The position numbers and the translations under genes were made by a program. The notes beneath the pieces were generated by a model. That model did no database searches. It saw only the letters and a program-made list of their open reading frames with translations, and had not been told where the DNA came from. A DNA stretch of 60,886 bases, filler included, from Sphacelaria rigidula (lineage: Eukaryota): assembly GCA_964200075.2 (NCBI GenBank). It is 10 parts of 10 records of this genome, joined end to end, with 100 filler letters (N's around TTAATTAATTAA, not from the genome) between each part and the next. Parts side by side here need not be neighbours in the genome. Positions count along the whole stretch, not along the records: positions 36,595 to 42,592 come from CAXNAA020022914.1; positions 42,693 to 48,690 come from CAXNAA020022915.1; positions 48,791 to 54,788 come from CAXNAA020022916.1; 7 more parts are not named here. One strand, written 5' to 3'. Below are positions 37,595 through 49,416 of the stretch, in pieces (positions within the stretch are counted from its first letter, which is position 1; each line of letters begins with the position of its first letter).

Positions 37595-38614
37595 CTGATT
37601 TCACGCCGAAGTCAGCACACGAAAAGGATGCGATCGAGCCACAGCAAGAGAGGACGAACGAGACTGCATTAACGGATGGGCAAGTGGGGGTCAATAACTT
37701 GCTTTTGGCCAAGCACGCACACAGTGGGTGTTCCGAAACAACGGGGGGGAGGGGGGAAGTATTTCGTCAGTGAGCCGACACAAGCCATACCGCTTATTGC
37801 GCTGTTTCTTCGGGGAAATGAAGGCCACATACGGGAATCCATGAGACATGAACCGCCGTTTCTCAGCATACCAATCGATCGAGGCAGCCGACGAGATCGC
37901 AAAACGATACGAGATTGCGCCTCGGTCAATAGGATAATCAAAATATTTTTTTTCATCTCCAGCGTGCGTCATCTGCTGAATCAACATCATGTTCACTTGA
38001 AAAATGAGTGGACACATCTACGTATGATCAAATTGACAAGAGCCGAGCACACTGGGCTGCTGAGAACTCCCACATTTGGGGTTGTTTTCGTCAACTTCGC
38101 CCATATGAGGCGCTTCTTCCAGCCTGAAACCAGCTACCATGCGATATATGGCCACTCTCTTCGTAGCAGTTTCGGGACTGGTTTGGGGGAAGAGGGGGGC
38201 TATCGCGAATCACTTTGTGATGAGTAAATGACCCAACCCCGGCTGGCGGTCAAGGGGTTCGCTCGGGAAATGACATATCAAAGTCTTGCGATATCCACTC
38301 TGTCGACATACTTTTCACACACGCCACACACAACATCCTCATTTGTATATAAGTACAGGCTGGTTCACGGAAAAGACCTATAAAACACTCCTCGGCAAAA
38401 CTTCACGTCGTTTCAAGGTCTCAGACCCTGAAATTTTGCACAAATGTGCTACGGATCATTACGTAGCTTTCCAAGGTCGGGGTTTTGTTGCTCTTCGACT
38501 TATTTTGCCGTTTTTCAGGAGTCCCAGTTTTTTCGCGGAAACTTCAATCCAGTCGGACCCCCGTACAAAGGTGGGAAAAAAAATCGTTCATTCAAAGTTG
38601 CGTGATTACCCTTC

Positions 38615-39084
38615 GGCTACTTCTCATGTATAAAAAAATGAATCTTGTTGAAAAGTGCATTTTTGGCGCTTTCTCCGTCGTTTTCCCCCCGAAAAGAGGG
38701 CTGGGCGGATGTTGACACCTTGGGACCACTTGCTCTACTCGCTGAGATGGTTCCACAGCACGTGTGCGATTCCCGTAGGTCACAGTTTTATTCTTGGCCA
38801 AAATTACATTTTCAATAACGGCCAAGTTATAAAAAAAAACAAGGTGGAAACTGACGTTTTTTTGGTAGCTTGACTGTTCGTTATTGAAAATGCAAGTTCG
38901 ACCAAAAACGAAACCGTGACCTACAGAAAATGCATGTGTGCTCTGGAACGGCCTCGGCGAGTAGAGCAAGTCATTCCAAGGTGTCAACATCCGCCCAGCC
39001 CTCTTTTCGGGGGAAAAACGACGGAGAAAGCCCCAAAAATGCACTTTTCAACAAGTTATATTTCTTGATACATAAGAAGTAGCC
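38615..39084. mobile_element. 470-bp fold-back MITE, Tourist/Harbinger-like
   Basis: GGCTACTTCT...AGAAGTAGCC with arms of about 220 bp. Flanks are TTC/TTA. Confidence 0.85.
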
Positions 39085-39645
39085 TTAGCACATTTGTGCA
39101 AAATTTCAGGGTCTAACTCCTCGATACGGCGTGATGTTTTTCACGTTTGTGCAATGAACCTTGCCGTGCCACGGTGAAACCGCAAACTACTAGATTTTAG
39201 AATGAAAAATGGCGTTTTTGGGCCGTCCTTGACATGAGCATGAAAATTCAAGCATCAGTTAATCGATTTTGGCCACGATACTTCGTGAGGCTCTTCCTTG
39301 GGTTTCGCGGCGACAGGGCGTCTGGGAAAAAAAAATGAAGAAAAGATCGTGGTGCCGGTTTTTTGGGGTCTCAAAATGGACACGACTTCGATACAACGAC
39401 TTGGATCCCGTCGGACCCCCGAAAAATGGTAAAGAAGCCAGTAAGTAGGAAAACTTCGTCGATCGAAACTTGCGTAATGACCCACAACACATTTGAGCAA
39501 AGTTTCAGGGTCTAACTCCCAATGACTGCGCGAAGGTTTGCGCGTTTGTGCGAGGACGTGAGCTTAAAACGTGCAAACTCCTAACTACTTGGTTTAAGTA
39601 TGAAAACGTCCTTTTGGGGTGATTGTACGTCAAGGCAAAACTGTA

Positions 39646-40177
39646 TTTCCTCTGTCCCATAAATAAAGGTACCGAAATTTGTACGGGCCCTCAACGATGC
39701 CCGATCGGTCTTTTTGTCATGAACTCTACGGTGTTTTTTGGGTCAAGAAAATGTGCTTAAAATTCGCGGCTCGTGCTTGAACCATGCCGCCACACGGCTG
39801 CAAAAAAAGTAGTCGGCCCCCAAATTGGCCGTTTTTTGCACCTTTCCGAAGGGAAAAAACGTGTCGAAAATATTTTATTCATTTTTCTCAAAATCGCGTG
39901 GGACTTCCTGGCAGCAAGCCCCAGTGAAGGCGGGGGCGATAAAAATAAAAAAATCGACACATTTTTTCCCCTCAAAACGGGGCAAAAAACGGCCATTTTT
40001 GGTCCGACTTCTTTTTTTGCAGCCGTTCGGCGGCATGGTTCAAGCACGAGCTGCAAATTTCCAACACATTTTCTCAACCCAAAAAACACCGTAGAGTTCA
40101 TTACAAGAAAAAAAACGATCAGAGATCGTCAAGGGCCCGTACAAATTTACGTACCTTCATTTGTGGGACAGAGGAAG
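39646..40177. mobile_element. 532-bp fold-back Stowaway-like MITE
   Basis: TA|TTTCCTCTGTCCCATAAAT...ATTTGTGGGACAGAGGAAG|TA with long inverted arms. Confidence 0.88.
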
Positions 40178-40978
40178 TATGAGATTTTCGAGTTTCTCGA
40201 CCAAACTTTGTATGTGTGTTCCTTGGACTATCCCAGGACGCATCATATTATTTTTTCTTATTTTGAGGCATTCTGTACCGCCTGCCGGGGGTCTTTATAC
40301 CGGGATCCCCGGAAGCCGAAAGAGAACGGAGAAACTTTGAAATTTTGCCAGGAATACAATCTTTCAATTTGGAGCATCAATACCTACAGAACTGCCAAGT
40401 TTGAGGATGATCTGAGCTTTTCTACAACAGATATAAGAGAAATCGTCACGAGGTTCCCTGGGTCTTTCGGGCGTATCGTGAATGGAAATTAGACGACGCC
40501 AAAACTCCTCATCACCGAAACATTACGGTTTCGGGCATATTTCGACCCCTTTGGAACCGTCTTCAAATCTGTTTCTCCCAGTAGATTCCCGAGCTGATGA
40601 CGATTATCACGATATGGAGCATGTGGAGGTTTGGTGGAAATTGGGCTTGGAATTGGTCGTGACAAATGTCTGTCCATAGCGCCACCGCTTTAGCCTCAAA
40701 CAAATTCCGGCTATGTCACCCTCTTCGTCTGTTCACTGGGTGCGTATTGCGGAAGGCATCAGCTGATGACAGAATTTTGGGTCTTTTTGCGTGAACCAGC
40801 CTGTATGTTTGTATGTATATCCTACTTTCACTAGCTGGAAAAACGCTCAAAATCGGCCTGAGCTTTCTCGTGCCCATTGGACCGACGAAATTTAACGACA
40901 GCAGGGGGCAGACATCATTCTAGAATCAGGTTCAAAAACAACAGACTGAGACTGTCCACTGATGCCGATGAACTCATA

Positions 40979-41592
40979 CTTTCTCTGTCCCATAAGTAAA
41001 GGTCCTTATGGGGGGGGGCAGATCATATCTCGCCAGTGGAGTTGATTACGATGCTCAAGTTATTTTTGCTGAAGAGCTATTATACTGATACAATGATTTT
41101 GAAATGAACAAAAATCCGACTCGGACTTACTGAGAATTAGCGGGTCAAAAAGTGGGAAATTTGGCGGGGTTGGGGTAATTTTTCTCATGTCGATAGGCGA
41201 TAACGACTTTGGTGCGAAGCATACCGGCGTGTCGACGCTGTGGAAGGCAGGGACGTTAAAAAGGGTGGTAGAATATAATCAGGGGACCTTTACGAAGGCC
41301 TGGGACTATCTAGCATCAAGCCCCAATGACGGCTACGACGATTCACGGAAGTGTTCATTTTTTCTTTGTACACTTATTCACGCCTGGAATGGGGACGAAA
41401 TACGGCCTTTTGGGGGCCGACTACTTTTCTTTCGGCCGTTTATGCATGCAGGGTGGTCCATGTAAAAAATAACAAAAAATGGGTTTCAACAAAAAAAAAA
41501 CGAAGTTTTCAGAAATAACTACCGTCTACGGCGTCGGACACCGTTGAAGGTCTGTGTAGTCATGAGGACCTTTACTTATGGGACAGAGGAGG
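40979..41592. mobile_element. Stowaway-like MITE ending about 26 bp from a USP 5' splice site
   Basis: TA|CTTTCTCTGTCCCATAAGTAAAGGTCCT...AGGACCTTTACTTATGGGACAGAGGAGG|TA. Confidence 0.88.
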
Positions 41593-41618
41593 TACATACA
41601 GTGTGTGGCACTACTCAC

Positions 41619-41698
41619 CGCTTCAGCGTTTCGGTGTGCAAGAACTCGGCGCTGAACAACAGCTGGATCAGCCCGTCTCGTACGATCCAGTCGGCAAG
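41619..41698 (-). CDS. USP9X/24/34-like internal exon
   Basis: gtgcag|LADWIVRDGLIQLLFSAEFLHTETLK(R)|gtgagt. The phase-2 end joins the next exon in frame. Compare MAEWIQQNNILSIVL.DSLH. Confidence 0.85.
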
Positions 41699-42381
41699 CT
41701 GCACGCGGGATTGGGGATTGAGGAGGGGGGGGGGAAGAGCATCTCCATCAGACCAAAGATACATACGGCCAGCTGCGCGCTGGGATGGGCGCATCTACAC
41801 CAGCCAGTGCAGACGTATCACAGCGTATTTTCAAGGTACCGGAGCCTCTGCAGGACAGAAATATATCATATCTTCATCGCCTGAAAGGTGGAAACAGATT
41901 ATCGAGCGATTTGGTCATTTTCCAAAGGTCAATAGCTTCCAGTGATCGGACGTTACACTTCATATTATCCAACATGATTCTCACAGAAATATACATGAAG
42001 GTCTACATGTTTGTTTTTGAGGATTTTTTCGCTCGAGTCTTCAAAGTCGAACATTTAGACCCGAAACTTCGAGACGGGGGGTATAACCATGATCGACCAT
42101 TCGAATAGCGTCATCCATCAATTTTCGTTTTCTATTATCTTCGGGAGATTGAAGGTGGAATCTTTATGTTTGGAATCCAACCACATAGATCTCACTCCCT
42201 TCTTTCCAAGAAAAACGAAATACTGCACGACAATGAAGGCTTGTGAATGGTCGACTACAATTACTCCTCCTTCCCAATCTTTTAGGTTCCGACTCTGACA
42301 ACTCGGCGGGAAACAAAAAAAACTCCGGAGACATTCGTTTTTGATGGTCGGTCGCTTTTTCGCTGGGAACAGCTCCTTGAC

Positions 42382-42501
42382 CTGTTGGCCGATCCACCGA
42401 CCCAAGTCCGTTCCTGCGTCATACTCCCGCATGTAGGCCAACTCGAGGCTTTCTATTTCTGTAGACCCTTGCCCTTGGCCTCTCAGAAACTCCTGCTGCA
42501 T
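42382..42501 (-). CDS. Probable upstream exon of the USP gene
   Basis: Poly-T tract, gagcag|MQQEFLRGQ...DLGRWIGQQ|gtcaag. This is the only open frame, but the donor is weak. Confidence 0.6.
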
Positions 42502-43039
42502 CTGCTCGAAAAAAAAAAAAGGAAAAAATTACCATGACAAAAAAGCACTATTACACGAGAACAAGAAGGCAAAAAAAAAAAAAAAACACACANNNNNNNN
42601 NNNNNNNNNNNNNNNNNNNNNNNNNNNNNNNNNNNNTTAATTAATTAANNNNNNNNNNNNNNNNNNNNNNNNNNNNNNNNNNNNNNNNNNNNGGTCACAG
42701 ACGTAGGCTCGCCTTTCCAATACCGTCCCTGCTATTCCTCACCAGACATATTACCAAAATAAAGATAGGAGATGATATTGGTCAACAGGTGTGACGTGTA
42801 ACGTGTAGCCGTCCTCCCAACAACACATACCACACACCTACGGATCGTCAATATTCAGAGGGTATCCAGTATAAATTCTTCGATCAATTGCGAACACAGC
42901 ACCCCTCCCAGGTGCTCACCATGTGGAAGTGAGTGCACTGACATGATATACGTATTCACTCACGGTGTACGAGTTCTGGGCTGCAAGATGGCTGCTTTTA
43001 GAGGACGCATCGCCGCGTTATTGCCGAAATCCCAATTAA

Positions 43040-43199
43040 CCCTTTTTGGACCGGGCTCCAAGAAACATGGTGTTTGCACGCAGGGGGCTTTTTGTGAATG
43101 GGCATCATATTCCGTCTTTTTCAAGTAAAAAATATACCAATTCACAAAAAGGTCACCGCGTGCAAACACCATGTTTCTGGGCGTTCAGTCCCAAAAGGG
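43040..43199. mobile_element. 160-bp piggyBac-type MITE
   Basis: TTAA|CCCTTTTTGGAC...GTCCCAAAAGGG|TTAA with inverted arms of about 60 bp. Confidence 0.92.
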
Positions 43200-44571
43200 T
43201 TAATAGCTTTACCCTGTTGTGTGCACGCCCGAACATACCGTCGACTGATGCACATGCTGTCTGTGTTGTGTCAGACTAGTGCACCAAGTTTTGTGGTGGC
43301 TCCGTCGCCCTTGGCGGAGAGACCCGTAGGCATATTTTCTATTCCAAACTGAAAATGTTTTTGCAGGTATGCAGAACGCAGTGCGGGCATTCACAATTAG
43401 AGTGCGGACGCGCGCATGCTCACCCATCGCAGTATCCAGTAATTTCTACTCTTTTTTTTTTTTTTTTAATTTTGGCGCAGGATCTTTTACATAACTGTAC
43501 GTGAGGGAAGCCTGTGAGAGGTCTCAGGTAACCAAGTTCCCCGTCCGCTAAAACAATAAAAAAATGTCAGGTCTCATGCCCAGCACACGTCTCTAGTTCG
43601 CGCCTCTTCCCTCATGACACAATCTGTATCACGAGTGCGAATTGTGAGTGAAAAAATACATCATAACGCGGCACAGCACAACAGATACGTTCATGAGATG
43701 AGGCAGGGTCCTATCAGAAGTGATTATCACTCTTCAAGAAATCACTTTCGTCAAAAACGACGGGTAATTGGTTGCTGTGATCCCCGAAAAGTGCCAAAAA
43801 ATCACCCTTGAAAAAGTGATTTTGTGACACCTCGGACAAGGTCATGAAGCATCCCGTTGACAGGGGCATAACCGAAGTCTTGACAGACGAGTCCACACAA
43901 CATTCAAACGTGAACCTGAGGATGGCATTGCCCCCCAAACCAAAACATACCGCTTTCTTCATTGCTGCCCATCAGCTGAGCATGCTGTGCGTGACCTTGC
44001 TCAAATCGGTTCAGAATTCAGTGAGAAATGATGACCAGGGTGAGACGCGCGCGTAGCACACCCTCAAAACAGTCAGCAACAGCACGTTTTCCGTTGCTAT
44101 TTGAGACGCACACGGCCGCCTTTCATCAAATACTGGACGGATTTCCGTCAAACAAAAGCCGTCGTGTGTAGATGATGAAGAGCTAGCGCTTCAGCTAATG
44201 CGCGTGAGTGATGGGTGTCTATGCGCCGGTTTCCGTCACTCGATGCGTCGGCTCTGTGCTGCCTGGTTGCGTCTTGTCCGCAGCAGTACAGAGGAATTGG
44301 ACTAACGGCCACTTCCAGAACCGCCGCATTTTCAACCTGTGTGCAGATCTGGGCTTCGATCTGGACAAAACTGCTTGTCGATAAGACGCAGCACTGGTCG
44401 TTGTGGGGGCAGTCACTTCCGCAAATAAATGTGATTTTTTCAAAAGTTATGAAATCATCACTTCTGATGAGACCCCGCCTGAGCAACGGATTTTTCGGAA
44501 TGGGACGTTTTCCGTTATTTGGTCCGAAACGGCCGTCACCCTCCTGAAAGCAGTAGTAGACAACATGAGTA

Positions 44572-44775
44572 CTTGATTTTAGACTCAACAAAGTTATGAG
44601 AAACTTGATGGTTTGGGGCAGGTGAGCAGTGGACCCGGCTTGTCCAGAACATGTTTTTGTTGAAATCGGTACCTGCGGCGTCGATTTGAGGTCTGCCAAC
44701 GCACACTTTGCCTTGGAGAACACGTGCACCTCCCCCCTTGTACGCCTCGGGTCTGGGTCAGGGTTAGGGTTAGCG
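44572..44775 (-). repeat. About 200-bp repeat ending in TTAGGG units; inverted partner at 47394-47607
   Basis: Its reverse complement aligns with 47394-47607. The outer end abuts TA. Confidence 0.75.
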
Positions 44776-45047
44776 TTTTTATCATCCGTTTGTTTAAAAG
44801 TCAACCAATATACGACCAAAACTTCAGGTAACCTCCCTGAAAGCCCAAGATCTGACGGAAATTTTGGCGCAGTCAGATTTGGAATTGGTGATGCCTTCCA
44901 TGAAACAGGAGCGGAATTATATGTTTTTGCACACCGAAATTCCCGTCAAATCACGGCGGGCATTTGGGGGGTGATGGCCGTTTCGGACATTCGACCGTCT
45001 TAGTGTACTACCATCAATCACATATAACCTCCCTGTAATGCGTGAGA

Positions 45048-45210
45048 GGACCGCATCGGAATTCAAAAGACCCCAGGATCGATGTTTTTCATGATGACTG
45101 CTCGGGCAAGTACCTACAGGGACCGCGCCCCTCACCTTAACTCCAAGACTATTAATAGCAGCCCTAACCCTATATTAACTATGGGGGTGTTTTAAACTCC
45201 GATGCGGTCC
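45048..45210. mobile_element. Small MITE with GGACCGCATCGGA inverted ends
   Basis: GGACCGCATCGGAATTCAAAAGACCCC / GGGGTGTTTTAAACTCCGATGCGGTCC. A related end lies at 48139. Confidence 0.6.
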
Positions 45211-45518
45211 AAAAAGCACGCAGTTCGCTCACACGTTACAAACACGTTCCGAAAGAAAAACGTTAAACGTTCCTGATCTCACAAACATATCGCTACAAAC
45301 GCGGCTCGGCGGCAAGGAGACCCACACTCTGAAGTGACTTTGTTCGTTGATGAGCAACAGAGACAACACAACAAGATAATTTCTGCTGCGGTCGTTTTGT
45401 TGCACAGTACGAGTATAATGTTTGGTTTTCAATTGTCCTCGGTATTGAAGCTCAAGTCGCAGCTGCTGGAATGCCAATCTCCAACAACGGCCAATATCCA
45501 CGAGCTATTGCACCAATC

Positions 45519-45885
45519 ACCGGTCCCCCCCTCCGGTGGCTCGGTTGGTAACCTCGCAACTCTCTGACGGTTGGGTCGTGGGTTCAAATCTCGAGGCGAT
45601 CTGGGATTTTTTCACAATGGCCAACAGTGGAGAGCGACTATGTCGTGGATAAACAAAATTCGACTTGACGGTCGACGAGGGAAAGGGACAGCTGCACCCC
45701 TTTCACGATAAAAAATAAAGGCAAGCGCCGCAGAAGGGCGATGGGGTTCTAAAAACAAATGAAAAAGAAAAGCCGATGTTGACCTTCCTGCTGTGTGACC
45801 CCGGCTGGTGCGCCCACATATATATATATACCGAAAGGTGTAGACACGGCGTCCAGAATAGATGGGACGACAACACACACACACA
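45519..45885 (+). mobile_element. tRNA-derived SINE, apparently full length, with a (CA)n tail
   Basis: A box TGGCTCGGTTGG (45537), B box GGTTCAAATCT (45581), CTG at the anticodon-equivalent position (Gln-like). Second copy at 24397. Confidence 0.85.
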
Positions 45886-47393
45886 TGGTCGCGTTTGGCT
45901 GCAAGGTGAGTTTCGTATGTATGTGTGGAATCTGAGTCGACACAACGACCATGATAGCGATGCCTACGTTGCGCATGATAACATCGTACTCCAAATGCCC
46001 AACTCTTGTCCCAAAATGAAATGTGAGGACGGCAAAATCTTCAAGCATCAGTTTCATCTTCTTCCCGAAGAAGGGGCTCTCAAAAGTGTACAGAGGCATT
46101 CGTTTTATGGCGTGCAATCATCTTCACCATTGGAAACATGGTGCAAGCTTACGCCACTGGTGTATGTACATCCTACTGGATCCGTTTACTTCTCAGGTTT
46201 CTGTCGATGCTAAAGTTCACGTTTATTTCACCTCTCATATGTAGAGCTCTGCAGATGGCGTCGGCTGTCGACTCCCTCGTCGGCACGTTGCTGCTTCTGT
46301 CCAGCTTTTCCCGAACGCCACGAGCAGGAGCGCCCTAGTGTCAGCACTACCACGGCTTCCAGAGCGATCACGGCTGTCACTCTCATCCTAATATGGCACA
46401 GGTACGAGACGGAAACAGGGGTGAACGCTGTGCCCTAATGAGACGCACGAGATTGCCCCCCTGCCCCAAAATGCTCCCCTCAGCTCTCAGCTGTAGAATG
46501 GGTGAAGTTTAGTGGGTTGGGCTCGTCAAGACGTCAACAACGGATGATGCCGTCGTGTACGGGATAATTTGATTGTCTGGATGTTTGCAGGATTCAGGAT
46601 TCCAGTGTCTTAACCCCTAGACGACCAGCGTCGATCATATGAGCCTTGCGCCATTTTCCAAGCCGAATAGTGCCGAATCAACGGATGTTCCACCCTCGCG
46701 GTCAAATAGATCATCCGTTCAGCGTTGGGGGTCCGGATCGCTTAACTGTTGAGTCGGCATCACTTTGAGTGTTGATTGTCAAGGTAAGTTATATGAATCT
46801 TACGATCATCTTTCATGAACGATGCGATGCCCTTTTGACAGGTGCCATATAAGGGCTATGAGATCCTCAGCGAATTCAATCCTTTCCAAAGCTCGCTAGG
46901 TTGGCATCGGCATCATTTTCACTCGAAAAATCACCCGAAGGCCCGGATGATGGTCAAAGATGCGTTGGCCCTTTCAACATTTCAAGAATTTGAGATGATC
47001 CCCGCAGATGGTCCACTTCGATCCATGGATTAAGTGGTCAATTTGATGGTTATCACCGCTCACGAGTGTGTCTTTGACGGCGAGGGTAGGTCATATGATC
47101 ACACAGTAATCTTCAATTGAAATTGATGCCGACTCAACAGGTGACCCGTGCTCGCGCGCGGTCAAAAGCGACGGGCGTGGGCCATCTGTTGAATCGGCTG
47201 ATTCACTCTGTTTCACTTGAAAAAGTATGCCTTTTCCAGATGAACTAATTACCCCCCTCGCGGCCACGAGGTCAAGATGCTGACAGGTTCAACCAGGGAG
47301 CAGGGCGGAGAATATTTTCGGACATGTAGCGAGACAACCTGAGGATGTGTACGTGAACAATGGTTAGTACTATGATATATGCCGCTAACCCCA

Positions 47394-47607
47394 AGGCTAA
47401 CCCTAACCCTAACCCCGACGAAGGCATACCGAGAACCCTCGGGAAAGGGGGCGCAGAGTGTTTCTTGGAAACAGTGTGCGTTGTCAGAGCTCAAATCGAC
47501 GCCTTTCAGCCGATTTGGACCAAAACACGTTCTGGACGAGCTGGGTCCGCTGCTCACCTGCCGCAGACCATGAATTTTCTCAGAACTTTGTTGACTCTAA
47601 AATAAAG
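47394..47607 (+). repeat. About 210-bp repeat starting with (CCCTAA)n; inverted partner at 44572-44775
   Basis: Same alignment as for 44572-44775. The outer end abuts TA. Confidence 0.75.
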
Positions 47608-47928
47608 TAAAATCGAGTACCAGCCACTGTTTACGTACTAATCCTCAGCTCCACTGCACATGTAGCCTCCCTTCATTGCAAGAAATTGATCAATGAAGAC
47701 TGTTTTGACTACAGTATTTTCTGTTAATTTTCTTACAAGAAACACTGGTTTATTCGTTTGCTCTTTGCTGTACTATTTTTTCAAGCGAAAGTGATCGCGA
47801 TTCAGAGGAGGACCTGACCTGGCGGTCAAAGGGTATCATCATCTGATGAATCGCCATCACTTTCACTTGATATAATAGAACAAAATAAGCCAGGATACCG
47901 GGAGCCGAGTTTGAGATACCTCTATCAA

Positions 47929-48133
47929 CCCTTTGACCATGAGGGTAGGTCACCTGCTGAATCGGCATCAATATTGACTTGAAAAAAGTATAGGTGATCC
48001 AGACGGACTACCCGTACGGCGGTCCAAGGCTTAACCCTTAGACAGCGAGAGTAGGTATTCTCCTGAATCGGCATCAGTTTCACTTGAAAAAAGTATCCAA
48101 TGATCCAGAAGGACTAATGTCGCCGTCTAAGGG
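47929..48133 (+). mobile_element. Two tandem piggyBac-type MITEs of about 100 bp sharing one TTAA
   Basis: TCAA|CCCTTTGACC...GGTCCAAGGC|TTAA|CCCTTAGAC...GTCTAAGGG|GTAA. Both contain ctgaatcggcatca..acttgaaaaaagtat..tgatccaga.ggacta. Confidence 0.75.
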
Positions 48134-48235
48134 GTAAAGGACTGCATCGGATTTTGAACATCCCTCTGGAAGGGTTAGGGTTAGGATACCGGGAGCCGAG
48201 TTTGAGATACCTCTAATATTAATAGGAGTGTGAAG

Positions 48236-48277
<42 letters not shown>
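48236..48277. repeat. (CAA)n microsatellite
   Basis: Read directly from the sequence. Confidence 0.95.
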
Positions 48278-48453
48278 CCCACCCCTGGCACTTGCAGAAA
48301 GCTTCCGATCCCTTCGACCGCTGGGTTTGCTCGTTATGGTTTTCACTCTCAGTTTTTACGTGAAAACGATATACCGACACGACAGATAACTAATCCCCCC
48401 ATCTAAGGGTTGAACTAGGGAGCAGCGTAAAAACAAATCTGGACATGTAGACC

Positions 48454-48690
48454 TGTGACGGTCTAAGAGACAACCAACTAGACTACTGACACGTCAGAGT
48501 GGAGTTGACTGCTAGGGACCCCAGTGCACACACTCTGGAAATGAGTGGGGGAGACGAGTAACTCAAAAAGGTACAAAAAGGTACGGTGAGAAGTGTCAAC
48601 ACTAGAGGTGCTGTTGACAGTCGATAGAGCGCTGGCAAGGGGAGTCGCCCTCCTCGGAGTGAAAGTGACGGGGATTGAACCCCCACGACT
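48454..48690 (+). mobile_element. Relative of the 27437-27776 element, truncated at the contig end
   Basis: TGTGACGG..GAGACAACCAACTAGACTACTGAC start and the shared block caaggggagtcgccctcctcggagtga...cccccacgact. Confidence 0.8.
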
Positions 48691-49416
48691 NNNNNNNNNN
48701 NNNNNNNNNNNNNNNNNNNNNNNNNNNNNNNNNNTTAATTAATTAANNNNNNNNNNNNNNNNNNNNNNNNNNNNNNNNNNNNNNNNNNNNCGAGTCGACT
48801 CATCATACTAAAACCAAGTGATTTTCAGGGGAATCAATACTTGTCCGACCCTTGGAAGTTATAGGGATTTGAAATTTCAGCAGAAACAAGATAATGTTTC
48901 AAGTTCAGGAGAAAAATGAGCATCTGCGGCTGCTTCCGGCATGTATCATTTCCTTGAGTGCAGAAGGTCTTCGTGAAATTCCAGCTCAAGACTCGTCGAG
49001 TTGGGCCGTGCGTGCAACATTTCGCGTGACGCTGCTGCACCCCACATATGTCCAGTGCGGGGCGATCGCTGACGTGAACCCACCGCATTGAAAAAAAACG
49101 CACTCCGACACGCTATCGCCCAACGATATCAGACGCACCCCTTACTTCATGCAGTACACTAACGGCATCGGCAATACGATGCCAATCGAACAGCGACGCA
49201 GTCCTTTGTCATCAGATGGATCTGCAGTTCACAGTGATATATATGCTTACATTGGTTTATTTCGGGAAACTGGGAAAGCTGTGGTGTGGGCAACTTTTAG
49301 CAGGTTTTAAGATGGCCCAGCTCGTACCTAGTCGAAAATACAACATCCAGGATTACAGATCTAGGCGTGCAACGTGTCTACAGAAAACACGGCTCCGAAT
49401 TACCTAAAAGACTCAA

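Larger units (their letters stand above)
38356..40803. mobile_element. Non-autonomous Tc1/mariner-like element in the USP intron, hosting two nested MITEs
   Basis: TA|CAGGCTGGTTCACGGAAAAGACC ... GGTCTTTTTGCGTGAACCAGCCTG|TA. Confidence 0.8.

Noticed and set aside
38592..40492. ORFs of 114-239 aa on both strands
   Set aside because: They lie within palindromic MITEs, and mirror-image peptides on opposite strands show a non-coding origin.
43714..43962. LFGDHSNQLPVV resembling the PIF1/Helitron helicase motif GDxxQLPPV
   Set aside because: The spacing is wrong and no Walker A/B or other helicase motifs lie nearby.
45530..45600. Functional tRNA-Gln gene (also at 24420-24490)
   Set aside because: Poor acceptor stem, diverged copies, and it continues into a shared SINE body with a (CA)n tail.
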